Source of the DNA: Dehalococcoidia bacterium
GTDB lineage: Bacteria; Chloroflexota; Dehalococcoidia; Lucifugimonadales; UBA2962
Reading direction: 5' to 3'
Length of the DNA: 64,000 nucleotides
Assembly: GCA_965207145.1 (NCBI GenBank)
Contig: OZ242262.1
Coordinates: 8,827-72,826, forward strand
The translations under genes and the position numbers were made by a program. Of this stretch, positions 27,351 through 37,397 are shown piece after piece (position 1 is the stretch's first letter; the number at the start of each line of letters is the position of its first letter). The notes under the pieces were generated by a model. That model had not been told where the DNA came from. It saw only the letters and a program-made list of their open reading frames with translations, and made no database searches.

Positions 27351-28865
27351 CTACCCCAGCACCTCGTTAGCTGGGCTGAACCATTTGGGCCAGTCCCTTC
27401 GCACCTGATCCGGCTCCTCGTGGGGCCACATCACATTCAGGGGAAGAGGGCGGACGGGAGGACGGTAAGACATGAAGGGGGTATCGGCCAGATCCGCTCC
27501 GGACTCCTCGGCCAGCAGCATGGACACCTGCTCGCGGCAAAGTCGACCCTGGCAATGGCCGGTTCCCACCCGCGTGAGGCGTTTCATCTGGTTCGGGCTA
27601 ACCGGACCGTCTTCCAATAGAGTCCTGAGATTCCGTCGGTTCATTCGCTCCGACTCCCATCCCAGGTATCGCGGAGGCCGCGTGCCTGTGAGGTCGGCGC
27701 AAGTGACCTCCTCGCACCGGCACACGAAGATATCCGGCCCACCTGCCCTTACGAGGGACTGAAGCCAGGACTTCCAGTTTGATCGTGCTTCGATCGGCGC
27801 CCACCGGACCCCGGCTGCCCGCAGGTCGGCCATCCGGGCGAGCGTTTCCTCCTTATCGATAGCCCCGAGAGACCCGGAGGCGGCAATTCCGGCCAGACGG
27901 CCCTGATTCCGGGCTATTTCGGAGTTCAGGGTCATCCCCTCGTGGGAGCCTGCCACATCGCCTGCGACGAATACCTCACCGACGTTGGTCATCATCCTGT
28001 CGTCGTGGACGGGTACGTACCCGCCAAGGTCCGACTCGAAGGAAAGCTCGCAACCCAGAAGACTGAGGAGCTCAACGTTGGGAACGAGGCCTATGGCAAG
28101 GCACACGGTGTCGGTGGGAATAGATTTCTCAGTGCCGGCAACAGGGTCGCAATTCTCGTCGATCTCGACCAGGACGACGGACTCGATCTCACCGTCTCTG
28201 CCGACCGCCCTCCGAACCGTGTGGGAGGTGTACAGCTCTACGCCCCTATCCCGCAACTCCGTCGCGACGGCCTCGTCCCCCCGCACCGAAGACGATACCT
28301 CCACGACGGCGGGAACCTCGATGCCGCCGTCCAACGCCATCCTGGCTGTGTTGAGGCCAAGATTGCCGGAGCCCACGACCACAAGTCGCCGCGAGGACAG
28401 CGCCCCGTAGCGACTCATCAGCGAATGTGCGCCGTTGGCCCCCATGGCACCCGCCAGATCCCATCCCGCAAAGGACATTCCCATGTCCCGCGACCCCGCC
28501 GCCACGATGAGCCGCTCGTACTTGATCAGCCACGATCGCTCGCCGTCGGCCAGCCCAAGCTGCGGCCCGTCGATAACCCTGCTGGTCTCTGAATTGCGGA
28601 AGGCACCCCACACGCACGTCCCCAGCAGGACATCGACGCCGGCGTCTACCGCCTCGCCCATCGCATCGTTGGCTGCGACCACCCTCTCCAGCATCAGGGG
28701 TGCATCTCGCACACCGCCTGTGAAACGCTGGCCGAAGAACTGGGGAACATCCAGCGCCATCATCGCGGTCGACAGGGGATTCTCGTCGACAAGCGTGACC
28801 TGCACTCCGGCACCGGCCGCCTCTATGGCAGCGGCCGTACCCGCTGCTCCCGCTCCCACAACCAC
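27351..28865 (-). CDS. FAD/NAD(P)-binding oxidoreductase with a BFD-like [2Fe-2S] Cys motif (HcnB / OoxA-like partner subunit).
   Basis: Two Rossmann motifs (VVGAGAAGTAAAIEAAGAG and VVVGSGNLGLNTA) plus FVCRCEEVTCADL...GTGHCQGRLC. There is no ATG; the first in-frame start is the GTG at 28865. Confidence 0.8.
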   Translation of the reverse strand: MVVGAGAAGTAAAIEAAGAGVQVTLVDENPLSTAMMALDVPQFFGQRFTGGVRDAPLMLERVVAANDAMGEAVDAGVDVLLGTCVWGAFRNSETSRVIDGPQLGLADGERSWLIKYERLIVAAGSRDMGMSFAGWDLAGAMGANGAHSLMSRYGALSSRRLVVVGSGNLGLNTARMALDGGIEVPAVVEVSSSVRGDEAVATELRDRGVELYTSHTVRRAVGRDGEIESVVLVEIDENCDPVAGTEKSIPTDTVCLAIGLVPNVELLSLLGCELSFESDLGGYVPVHDDRMMTNVGEVFVAGDVAGSHEGMTLNSEIARNQGRLAGIAASGSLGAIDKEETLARMADLRAAGVRWAPIEARSNWKSWLQSLVRAGGPDIFVCRCEEVTCADLTGTRPPRYLGWESERMNRRNLRTLLEDGPVSPNQMKRLTRVGTGHCQGRLCREQVSMLLAEESGADLADTPFMSYRPPVRPLPLNVMWPHEEPDQVRRDWPKWFSPANEVLG

Positions 28866-28950
28866 AAGTGGCTTGGATTCGATGAGAGGTACCTCTTGTC
28901 GGGCTGAAGGCCTTGCTTACGTCACACGCGCTTGTGTCTGCGTAGACCCC

Positions 28951-30024
28951 TTACAAACCAGCTGGTGAGCCTCTTCGCGGAGATGAGACCCGTTCCGGCA
29001 GCGCCCCGCCCAGGGCCCTGGTGTAGTCGACGCCGAATCCACAGCATGTGCCGATGATCTGGGCTCCCATTCCGACCCAGTCGACGGCCTCCCGCCTCAA
29101 CCCCTCGGCGGTTTCTTCGTTGGCGACCATGCTGTCCTGCCAGGCCTCGAGATAGTCTTCCCTGCCCGCATCCGGATAGACGACTATGGGCCCGGCCCAC
29201 CGGTCGAGGACAACGTCAAGCGCCGCCGTGGTCTCCGATAACCTGCTGTGGAACACGCCGAGCACGTCTGGGTTCAGCGCCGTAATCTCATCGATCCCTT
29301 CGGCCAGGGTCATGTCATAGTCGACAGTCCGCCAACTCGAAGTGAACATCGGCATCCCCATACCGGTGCTGTAGTAACGGTCATCTCCCAGGCTCAACCT
29401 CACCGTCTGTCCGTCACCTGCCACCGATGCCGTAAAGCCCACCCAGACCGGCAGTCCCGTGGCCATAGCCGCTTCAGTGGCAATCAACCTCGACTCGTTG
29501 TCAGCCCACATGTTCTCCATCAGAAAGAAGTCAACACCGGACTCTGCAAGGACATCCGCCTGCTCGTCGACATAGGTCCTCAGCTCGTCTGCCGACAGGC
29601 TGGCGCCATAGCCGAAGCCGGTGCCTCCCAGGAGTGTTCCGGTCCTGCGGTCGCGAACGGGGATGCGGCACGAGATGGACCCGGCAATGTACACAGGCCT
29701 GTCTACGGCGGCCCGATCTATGGCCTCAAGCGCCGCGTCCACCGCGCGCACATTGATCTCCCTGACTAACTCCTGGTACCCGGACGCCTCCAGAGCGGGA
29801 CGGAGGGTGTTGAAGGTATTGGTGGTGATGATATCGGCCCCGGCCCGTATGTAACGCTCGTGCATCTGACGCACCGTGGCCGGATGCGTGTAGTTGCCCG
29901 GACCGCACCACGCGGCCGGATGCATCGGCACGCCCATAGCCTGTAGCTCAGTCCCGATTGCGCCGTCCAGAACGATAACTTCACCCTGATCTATTCGACC
30001 TCTCAGCTCGTCGTATTTGGCCAT
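28951..30024 (-). CDS. Homocysteine S-methyltransferase family protein.
   Basis: VIVLDGAIGTELQ...ADIITTNTF...IIGTCCGFG, with the zinc-binding Cys pattern of the S-methyl_trans family. Confidence 0.85.
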   Translation of the reverse strand: MAKYDELRGRIDQGEVIVLDGAIGTELQAMGVPMHPAAWCGPGNYTHPATVRQMHERYIRAGADIITTNTFNTLRPALEASGYQELVREINVRAVDAALEAIDRAAVDRPVYIAGSISCRIPVRDRRTGTLLGGTGFGYGASLSADELRTYVDEQADVLAESGVDFFLMENMWADNESRLIATEAAMATGLPVWVGFTASVAGDGQTVRLSLGDDRYYSTGMGMPMFTSSWRTVDYDMTLAEGIDEITALNPDVLGVFHSRLSETTAALDVVLDRWAGPIVVYPDAGREDYLEAWQDSMVANEETAEGLRREAVDWVGMGAQIIGTCCGFGVDYTRALGGALPERVSSPRRGSPAGL

Positions 30025-30346
30025 GGCCTGATTCTCCGCTACGGCTCAGAACCCTATCCTTCCTATCCAACGCCAGGTTGCCCAGATCGAAGACGCACAG
30101 CTTTTGGGAGCGCAATCCTAAGTTCCCATCTTGGACGCCGTCAACCACCCAAAATTGACCATCGACCGGGCATGGATTTGCTTCTGCTGGCCTGCTCCCC
30201 AAATGCCTGTCCAGCCGACGGGTTAGTTTCGTGGTAAGAGAAAGAGATAGATAAGGGACCGGCCCCTGAAGAGGCCCCTCCGGCGTCCTTGTCCACCGTG
30301 TCCAGAAGCACGGCTGATGAGGCCGGCAGGCAGCAGCCTTTGACAG

Positions 30347-31153
30347 CTATTGCCGCATCGCCTCGCGGGACAGGTCCTGGCAGATCAGCCGGGCTATCGC
30401 CGTCGCAGTCCCGTCATCCTCGAAGATGCTGAGGGCCTGATCCACCATCTCCAACGACGGGCGGTCTCCCGCAATATCCTCGTTGGCCGCATAGCAAGCT
30501 GCCAGAGTCGCTACCGCATCGGCCCGTTCGGCCGAGGGAGATTCGATTTCTCTCGGCTCCATTCCCGCCGTGCCGCAGGCCATGTACGTCATCGTCACCA
30601 GCTCGACGTCGTTTACCGTGCGCTCCGCGTTGAGCCGGTAGTTTTCGAGAACCAGCTGTTGCATCTGTTCCGGCATTCCCTGGTCCCGCAGGGCCAGGCA
30701 CCTCGCTCCTGCTTCAATGACCGTCTTCTGGTCGGTGCTGGCGCCCTCCATGGTGAAGCGCGGCTCCTCCTGCAACAGCCTCTCCAGTTCCATACCCATT
30801 TCCTGGAGCATCTGCTCGTCGGTGAGTCCCATGCCGACCCTATTGCCGGCACCGGGTTCCCCGGTGAGCAGGGCCATCACCAGGGAGCGCGTCTCCTCGT
30901 TCATTGCCTCGTTGGCATCTCGCTCGGCTTCAGCCCGTTCCAGAGCCTGCTCCAGGGCGGCCAGCCGTTCGGCAATTTCAGCCCGCTCGGCTGCGGCAGT
31001 CTCCCTGCCCTCGCGCTCCCGCGCCTCGGCGCGGCTCAGGCCTTCCTCCAGTGCGGTGATGCGGACATCGCTGTCGCTGCTGTTGCATCCCGCCAGCGCC
31101 AGGGTAGCAATGACCAATAGAAGTATCGTCAGGATTCTTGCCGTGTTCTGCAT
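30347..31153 (-). CDS. Lipoprotein with an Ala/Glu/Arg-rich coiled-coil N-terminal region (hypothetical).
   Basis: The internal start at 31153 gives MQNTARILTILLLVIATLALAGC (lipobox LAGC). Confidence 0.6.
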   Translation of the reverse strand: MQNTARILTILLLVIATLALAGCNSSDSDVRITALEEGLSRAEAREREGRETAAAERAEIAERLAALEQALERAEAERDANEAMNEETRSLVMALLTGEPGAGNRVGMGLTDEQMLQEMGMELERLLQEEPRFTMEGASTDQKTVIEAGARCLALRDQGMPEQMQQLVLENYRLNAERTVNDVELVTMTYMACGTAGMEPREIESPSAERADAVATLAACYAANEDIAGDRPSLEMVDQALSIFEDDGTATAIARLICQDLSREAMRQ

Positions 31154-31275
31154 ATCTGTCTCTCGTCTCTCAAGGCTCAACATGGAATGTTGACGCGTAC
31201 GATGCGGCCCCATTCCTCTACTTCACTTTCACAGGGGAACATCTCAACCTGCAAGATGTGCCCACACCCGCAGCT

Positions 31276-32478
31276 TTACCACTGGGAAGACTCCTCCGAA
31301 TACATGTGGTCGGGCAGCCTGTAGCTGATCCCCATCTCTTCCAGCACCGAGGCCTCCAGCAGCGACGTGAACCTGGTGAAGTTCGAGTTCTCCACACTCC
31401 TTCGGCCCAGCCTGGCCAGAAGGCGCTGGTACCTGGCCTGCATCCGAAATATGAACAGGGTCCCAAAGCTGGGGTCGGATGGGTACATCAACTGGTCGGC
31501 CAGCGCGTTGCCGATCAGGGCGCGGGACACTTTGAACACGTAGCTTGCCATCTTGCGGCGTTCCGATGGGTCGGTAACGTCAATCACCAGCGGGGCAGAG
31601 TTGATCAGCGCGTTCGCCATGACGATCGACTCCAGGGAGGGCGGAGGCTCGCACATCGAGCCGATCTGGAGCAGGTACCGAGCGTCTTCCTCGTCCTGGA
31701 AGAGCATGGAGGAAGGAATGCCCATGACATGCCCGGTGTACCGCCAGATGGACATGAGGCTCTTGCGTTCCTCGTCGGTGAACTCAGCCCCCAGGCTCTT
31801 CATGTGGTCCAGGAGCCTGGCCGAGAAGGCCGTGATCGCGTAACCCAGATGGGCCGAGCTTATGGGCAGGCCCCACGCTTCGTGGTCCCATTCATCGGAG
31901 TTCCCGAGCAACCGTCTGAGCTGGGCGTGCACCAGCCGGATCCGCACCGACAGCTTCCAGCCGTCTCCGTCCCTGGTCAGACCGTCGGGCATGAATATCT
32001 CGATCATGTGCCGGTTGTTCTGCCTCAGCCTCCGTACCCCCTGGTCCCGCAATTTCCCACTGATGAAGAAAGACTTGCTGATGTTGGTGGCGAACCCCTC
32101 CACAAGCGTGCCCCCGACAAATGCGCCCAAGATGAGGTGGGAGTTCCGATGGAACATGCGGATTCCCGGGATGAATGAATCAAAATCCACCCAGTCCGGC
32201 ACTTTCTCCGCGTCATCGAAGAATTTTCTCGCCGACGAAGGAGCGTCAGCCAGGCTTTCCCAGTCCTGTTCCTGCAACACCGCCTGAAACAGCAGCGCCT
32301 GCTCCCGCCTTGAGACGCTGGACAGGTCTTCCATCATGGCGTCGGCCAGAGGATCTCCAATCAACGTGTGGGCGACATAGTTGGCGGCCGTCTCCGGCGC
32401 CAATTGGCGCGCCTTCTCGTACCCGGCCCGGTAGTCGGTGGGTATAGTCGCCGGGAGTTCGTATTCAATCGCTGCCAT
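31276..32478 (-). CDS. Oxygenase MpaB-family / DUF2236-like protein (tentative).
   Basis: 400 aa. The overall pattern (...FHRNSHLILGAF...RIRLVHAQLRRLL...) resembles DUF2236. Recognition is by eye only. Confidence 0.5.
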   Translation of the reverse strand: MAAIEYELPATIPTDYRAGYEKARQLAPETAANYVAHTLIGDPLADAMMEDLSSVSRREQALLFQAVLQEQDWESLADAPSSARKFFDDAEKVPDWVDFDSFIPGIRMFHRNSHLILGAFVGGTLVEGFATNISKSFFISGKLRDQGVRRLRQNNRHMIEIFMPDGLTRDGDGWKLSVRIRLVHAQLRRLLGNSDEWDHEAWGLPISSAHLGYAITAFSARLLDHMKSLGAEFTDEERKSLMSIWRYTGHVMGIPSSMLFQDEEDARYLLQIGSMCEPPPSLESIVMANALINSAPLVIDVTDPSERRKMASYVFKVSRALIGNALADQLMYPSDPSFGTLFIFRMQARYQRLLARLGRRSVENSNFTRFTSLLEASVLEEMGISYRLPDHMYSEESSQW

Positions 32479-32623
32479 GCTGACTTTCTTGCTTTACCGA
32501 CACCTCACCAATCGCCCCAGCCCGGGTCTTGGGCCAGATCGGGCAGGGCCATCGTGTGCTCCGTGTAGGGACGGCCCACGCCTGCGAACGGCTGAAGGCC
32601 GAGGTCTGCTGGCAACGCCGGAG

Positions 32624-32875
32624 CTAGGCAGCCTTACCGATTCGGAACGTCCTCGTGGGACGGACCGGACAGGTACCCGGAGTGGCCAGCCTGCCGTTCT
32701 TCATCGTTATGGACCGGGGGTTGCGCCTCTCCCTCTTGGACCGGCACTTCGTGCAGTAAGCCTTCGAGACACACCTCCAAACTTGTAGTGTTGGCGATCC
32801 GGGCGGTAGTCCCGCCTCCCGTGATGGGTTGGTGCCTGGCCCCGCCCAGATCAGGCGCTCCGGGGTCACCGGCAT
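32624..32875 (-). CDS. DUF5679-like zinc-ribbon mini-protein, possibly degenerate.
   Basis: The C-terminal 45 aa read AYCTKCRSKRERRNPRSITMKNGRLATPGTCPVRPTRTFRIGKAA, which resembles the AYC-x-KC...MKNGR...GTCPVCGTK-x-FRIG family. The second CxxC reads CPVR (CGT where TGY is expected), and no start codon sits next to the conserved core. Confidence 0.3.
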   Translation of the reverse strand: MPVTPERLIWAGPGTNPSREAGLPPGSPTLQVWRCVSKAYCTKCRSKRERRNPRSITMKNGRLATPGTCPVRPTRTFRIGKAA

Positions 32876-33732
32876 GCCGCCCTCGGAGCCAGCGAGATGT
32901 GGGGCTGCATCCCCACCCCTGTGTCGGGGGATCGTGACGCACCAGCGCTTTTGCCCAGGGTGCCCAGCGCTATCTTCCTTCCATGTAGCTGAATTACCTC
33001 ACCTCCCGGCCTTGGCCGCCTAGGATGTTCCGATGCACTTATCGCAACGCTTAACGCGGTCGGCGTACATCCGCACAAGCCCCGCCGCCAGCCACGCAAA
33101 GGGGATAGGCCGGCTCCACCATGCAGCTGCATCAGGCTTGCGACGCCGGTAGTCGCAACAAGCGGTCGTGTGTATGGAACAGCCCGACAATCGAGGCGGG
33201 TTCGGGAAGTGAAGGACATACATCCTCACTGTCGGACTGCCAGGAGGGGTGGGACGTCACCGCGGCCCACGGGCCGGTTCCCTCTCTGTTGACGGACGCC
33301 ACTCGTATCTGCTGCTGTCGTCCATCGCCTGCCGGCCGGTGACGTTCCGCAGAATCGGATACTAGCTATTGGCGCTGAAGTCCCAGGGTTTGTACGCCGT
33401 GCCGTCGCCGGTTACTCCACGGTCCAGTTGACGTAGATCCCAGCGTAGCCGGTGGGCGTCTGCGGCTACCTGGCAGTGCTGCCCGGCAGCCGGTTGACCC
33501 TGTCTTCGTCAGCAACGTTGCTGTTGCTTCGGGCGCAGTTGATGGTCTTGTCCCTTGAGGTTGCTGATACGTCCGGAAAACTCCATCGCAAATGCAAAGT
33601 ACCATACAATATCGTAAATGCAAAACACTCGTATGGTCTGCCGGGGCCGTTTCGACTTCAGTGGACGATGCGCTCTATGCCTGGAAACCTCCTCTCCACT
33701 TGTGGGGACCTGGCGGCACCCGGAGGCCTGAA

Positions 33733-34857
33733 GTGAATCCAGCTGGCGCCGACATTGACGAGCGCATCCACGCCGTTCTCTCCGAGTTCAAGCTCCTCAA
33801 CCCGTTCTCGGCGGGATATCCGGTCAACCAGAGGTTCGACTACTCAAGGCTCTACCCGCTCCTGGACTACTGCGGTAACAACATCGGCGACCCCTTCGGC
33901 TATTCCCGCTACCAGTCCAACACCCACGAGGTCGAGCGAGACGTCGTGCAGGCCATGGCGAAGCTGGCCCGGCTGCCGGCCGCAGAGGCCTGGGGATACG
34001 TCACCTCCGGCGGCACCGAGGGGAACATGTACGGCATATACGTCGGCCGGGAGGTCCTGGGCGAACCCGTCGCCTACTTCTCCGAGGACTCCCACTACTC
34101 GGTCCACAAGATTCTCCACGTCCTGAGGGTCCGAAGCTGCATGGTCCACAGCCAGGACAACGGCGAGATGGACTACGCCGACCTGCGGACCGCAATCCTT
34201 CGCAACCAGGGGCATCCGGCGCTGATCATCGCCAACATCGGCTCGACCATGAAGGGAGCGGTGGACGACCTGGGCCGCATCCGGGCCATCATCGATGAGA
34301 CGGCTCCACCCCGGGCATACATCCATGCCGATGCCGCGCTCAGCGGCATGATCCTGCCCTTCGTGAACGATCCTCAGCCGTTCGGGTTCGACAGTGGCAT
34401 CGACAGTTTCGCCGTCTCCGGGCACAAGATGATCGGCTCCCCCCTGCCCTGCGGTATCGTCCTGGCCCGCCGGGCCTACGCCACGCAGATCAGCGGCGCA
34501 GCGGAATACGTCGGGGTGATGGACACCACCTTGCTTGGCTCCCGGAGCGCATTTGCGCCCATGATCATCTGGTACGGGCTGAACAGGTTCGGGTCCGACG
34601 GCTACCGGAAGATCGTGGCCGGCATGCTGGACACCGCGGAGTATGCCGTGGAACGATTCAAAGCCAGCGGGATACCCGCCTGGCGAACCAGGAACAGCCC
34701 CATTGTCGTTTTCCCCAGACCATCTCCCTACGTGCTCTTCCAGTGGCAGCTGGCTCCACTGGGGGACATCACCCACCTGGTTACCATGCCGCACGTGACC
34801 CGGGAGATCATCGACCAGGTGGTGGCCGATTGCCTGGAATGGCCCGCGGTCCGCTGA
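33733..34857 (+). CDS. Group II PLP-dependent decarboxylase, histidine-decarboxylase-like.
   Basis: TSGGTEGNMYG...HADAALSG...SFAVSGHKMIGSPLPCGI (PLP lysine). The GTG at 33733 is preceded by GGAGG with a 7-nt spacer, giving 374 aa. Confidence 0.8.
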   Translation: MNPAGADIDERIHAVLSEFKLLNPFSAGYPVNQRFDYSRLYPLLDYCGNNIGDPFGYSRYQSNTHEVERDVVQAMAKLARLPAAEAWGYVTSGGTEGNMYGIYVGREVLGEPVAYFSEDSHYSVHKILHVLRVRSCMVHSQDNGEMDYADLRTAILRNQGHPALIIANIGSTMKGAVDDLGRIRAIIDETAPPRAYIHADAALSGMILPFVNDPQPFGFDSGIDSFAVSGHKMIGSPLPCGIVLARRAYATQISGAAEYVGVMDTTLLGSRSAFAPMIIWYGLNRFGSDGYRKIVAGMLDTAEYAVERFKASGIPAWRTRNSPIVVFPRPSPYVLFQWQLAPLGDITHLVTMPHVTREIIDQVVADCLEWPAVR

Positions 34858-34924
34858 CCGATCGGAGGCTCGCATTGAACTATGCCGGAAATCATCCCTG
34901 CACCGGCGGCGTGCGCGTTAAGGA

Positions 34925-35950
34925 ATGGCTGTGCTAAAGCCTCTAGCGGCCCTGCTGCTCATGTCCTTCGCCGCCTGCTCGGCGGGCGATACCCCTTCCG
35001 AAACGTGCACGGAGGGAGACCGGGTCCTCACGGTCGGCTTCTACGCCTTCTTCGATCCCGTGAGCCACAGCGCCGACCCCGACCCAGCCTCCGAGGGGTT
35101 CAACACCCATCTGGGGTACGAGGCCGACCTGCTCACCGCGCTTGAAGCGATGGAGGGAGCCGGGCTGTCCTTCTCCCGGCGCGGCATCGCTCCCTGGGAC
35201 GACATCTGGCTGCTATCTGCAGGTCCCGAGTACGACATCGTGGGCGGCGGCATGACCATTCTCGACTCACGCACACGCAACGCGGCGGGTGAGGAGGTCG
35301 TCTCATTCACGTCGGGCCACGTGAAGTTTCGACAGTCCCTGCTGGTCCGGGCCGACGACGCGGGGCGGATTGCCTCCCATTCCGATCTGAATAGCGACAT
35401 GCGGGTGGGAGTGCTCGCGGACACAACCGGAGAGCGCCGCCTGCTGGAACTGACCGGCCTGGTGGACGCCGACGGGGTGTTTGTCGCGGGCACGCGCATC
35501 GAGACCGATGCCGGCACGCTGACCGCCGACGGCAGCGCCAACTACACCATCGACTTCGCCGCCGAGTCCCCCGCTCTGGAGGGTCGGCGTCACCTGTACC
35601 CGCCGTCGGAAGACATGCCCCGGGTGGTCTATCTCGGCGACGAGAGCGGTGAGTCCGAGCTTCTCGCAGCGTTGCGGGCAGGCGATGTAGACGCGCTGGC
35701 AAGGGGCGAGGTGGGCAACCTTGAGGCGGCCAGAGATTCGGAAGGCGCGTTCGTCGTCACCGCCCTGGACGATGCGGTCGAGCTGGGCGGCTTCACCCTG
35801 GCGATCGAAGACGCCCAATTGCGTTCCTGTCTCGACGAGAAGATTAACTACCTGACCGACAACCGGCGCATCGGCTATGCTGAGTGGGCGGCGGACCCGG
35901 AGGTGTTCATGCGTCGCGCCGGCGAAATGCGCTTGCAGGACGCGAACTGA
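34925..35950 (+). CDS. Family-3 solute-binding-protein-like lipoprotein.
   Basis: The signal and lipobox read LLLMSFAAC. The body resembles polar amino-acid SBPs (VGFYAFFDP...GYEADLLTAL...). Confidence 0.65.
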   Translation: MAVLKPLAALLLMSFAACSAGDTPSETCTEGDRVLTVGFYAFFDPVSHSADPDPASEGFNTHLGYEADLLTALEAMEGAGLSFSRRGIAPWDDIWLLSAGPEYDIVGGGMTILDSRTRNAAGEEVVSFTSGHVKFRQSLLVRADDAGRIASHSDLNSDMRVGVLADTTGERRLLELTGLVDADGVFVAGTRIETDAGTLTADGSANYTIDFAAESPALEGRRHLYPPSEDMPRVVYLGDESGESELLAALRAGDVDALARGEVGNLEAARDSEGAFVVTALDDAVELGGFTLAIEDAQLRSCLDEKINYLTDNRRIGYAEWAADPEVFMRRAGEMRLQDAN

Positions 35951-35968
35951 GACCCACGGCGGAGCCGG

Positions 35969-36715
35969 CTACTCCGGCGGGCGCTGCTCCCTCAGCTCCG
36001 CCAGCTCCTCTCGCATGATCCTTACCTCCTCGACCAGGGCGGCGACGGCGGCCGGGCCGATGTCCTTCCTCCTGACCAGGATGGACGCGAAGTTGGCCGT
36101 GAGGGCGCTGAAGAGCCCGATCCCGCCGATCATCAGGACGTAGGCGAAGGCCCGGCCCACCTGGGTCACGGGCACCACGTCGCCGTATCCCACCGTCGTC
36201 ACCGTTCCGATGGACCACCAAAGGGCGTCGGGGAATGAGTCCAAATCCGGGTTGTGTCCCCGCTCCGCCGACATGACGAGGGTCGCCACGACCAGGACGA
36301 GACCAATGGCATACACGACCAGGGAGTCGACGTTGGCCAGACGCACGACCCCCCGGTAGGATCTGGAGCCGAACACGATGAGCCGCAGTAGCCGCAGGGG
36401 ACGCGCAACGGGAAACAGCACGACCAGCACTTCGAGCCAGTGGCTCCTGACGTACTCGACGCGCCGGGGGGCGACGGCCACCTTGACCGCCAGGTCCGTT
36501 GCGAAAAGCGCCCAGATGAGCGTGTCGAGAGCGAGAGTCACCGTCCTGGAGACCGGGCTCAGGTCCCAGAAGAGGGGCGCCGCCAGCAGGGGAACCATGG
36601 CAAAGCCGAGGACCAACAGCGGCAGCTCGGTCATCCGCTCGATCCTGTGCAGCAAGGCCTCGCGGTGGTCCTGCCCGGGAGAATCGGTCTCCGGCGTATC
36701 GGCGTGTCCGTTCAC
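35969..36715 (-). CDS. Potassium channel (ion-transport family, TVGYGD selectivity filter).
   Basis: WWSIGTVTTVGYGDVVP, preceded by an S4-like segment with regularly spaced Arg (FPVARPLRLLRLIVFGSR). Confidence 0.85.
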   Translation of the reverse strand: MNGHADTPETDSPGQDHREALLHRIERMTELPLLVLGFAMVPLLAAPLFWDLSPVSRTVTLALDTLIWALFATDLAVKVAVAPRRVEYVRSHWLEVLVVLFPVARPLRLLRLIVFGSRSYRGVVRLANVDSLVVYAIGLVLVVATLVMSAERGHNPDLDSFPDALWWSIGTVTTVGYGDVVPVTQVGRAFAYVLMIGGIGLFSALTANFASILVRRKDIGPAAVAALVEEVRIMREELAELREQRPPE

Positions 36716-36896
36716 GTTCCTTTCCTCCTTTTCAATCGGAGCCTCAGCTTCTCAATCCGCCGCCGCCGTTCATGGGGACGCGGACGCATTCCTCCCATTC
36801 GTTCGCCCTGTGCAGGGCGTTACCCATTCAACTGCTGCGGTGCTACATTCATGCCTGAATATGCACAGTGGAGAAACACAGCCGGAGGAGACGGTG

Positions 36897-37397
36897 ATGC
36901 GCGAGACCAGCGAGACCACGGAACGCGACGAGGAGATACTTCCCGTCCTCGGGTACCTGGCGGCCGGCATGACGGCCATGCTGGCGAGGCTGTCCAGGGA
37001 GGCGCTGGCTCCCTTCGGCATTACTCCCGTGCAGACCGCAATTCTCATGCACTGCTCGCGAAACGAGGCAAACACGACCGAGAGCTTGGTGGGCGCAATA
37101 CACCTGGACCAGGCCAGCATAAGCCGCCACGTAGCCAGACTGGTCGGCAAGGGCCTGATCCGGCGGACGCGCCCATGCGACGACAGGCGCGTCGTGCACT
37201 TGGAGTTAACGGAAGAGGGATGGACCTTCATGCCCCGGCTCATCGAGTCCCACCAGGATCTCAACGCCCTGGTCAACGTCGGGATCGGCGAGGAGGAGAA
37301 GAGGGTTTTTCTGGACGTCACCAGGAAGATACACGGGAACCTGAGGACGGGACTGCAGGAACTTAGACAAGCTGCGGTGCGTGAGGTCCGGGGTTAA
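36897..37397 (+). CDS. MarR-family transcriptional regulator.
   Basis: LAPFGITPVQTAILMHC...LVGAIHLDQASISRHVARLVGKGLIRRTRPCDDRRVVHLELTEEG. The ATG at 36897 follows GGAGGAG. The ORF-track extension upstream is antisense to the channel gene. Confidence 0.85.
   Translation: MRETSETTERDEEILPVLGYLAAGMTAMLARLSREALAPFGITPVQTAILMHCSRNEANTTESLVGAIHLDQASISRHVARLVGKGLIRRTRPCDDRRVVHLELTEEGWTFMPRLIESHQDLNALVNVGIGEEEKRVFLDVTRKIHGNLRTGLQELRQAAVREVRG

Noticed and set aside
32846-32855. THI-box-like decamer CCTGATCTGG followed by a CTGG/CCAG stem (minus strand), suggesting a TPP riboswitch.
   Set aside because: The invariant CUGAGA element and the AGGGA closing segment are not present in the proper arrangement. 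The downstream ORF is also not a thiamine-related gene.
33844-34875. 343-aa minus-strand ORF.
   Set aside because: It is antisense to the well-supported decarboxylase gene and has Gly/Arg/Val-rich junk composition.
36378-36896. N-terminal 173 codons of the 339-aa plus-strand ORF containing MarR.
   Set aside because: This part is antisense to the potassium-channel gene. The MarR domain starts at the ATG at 36897, which has a good RBS.
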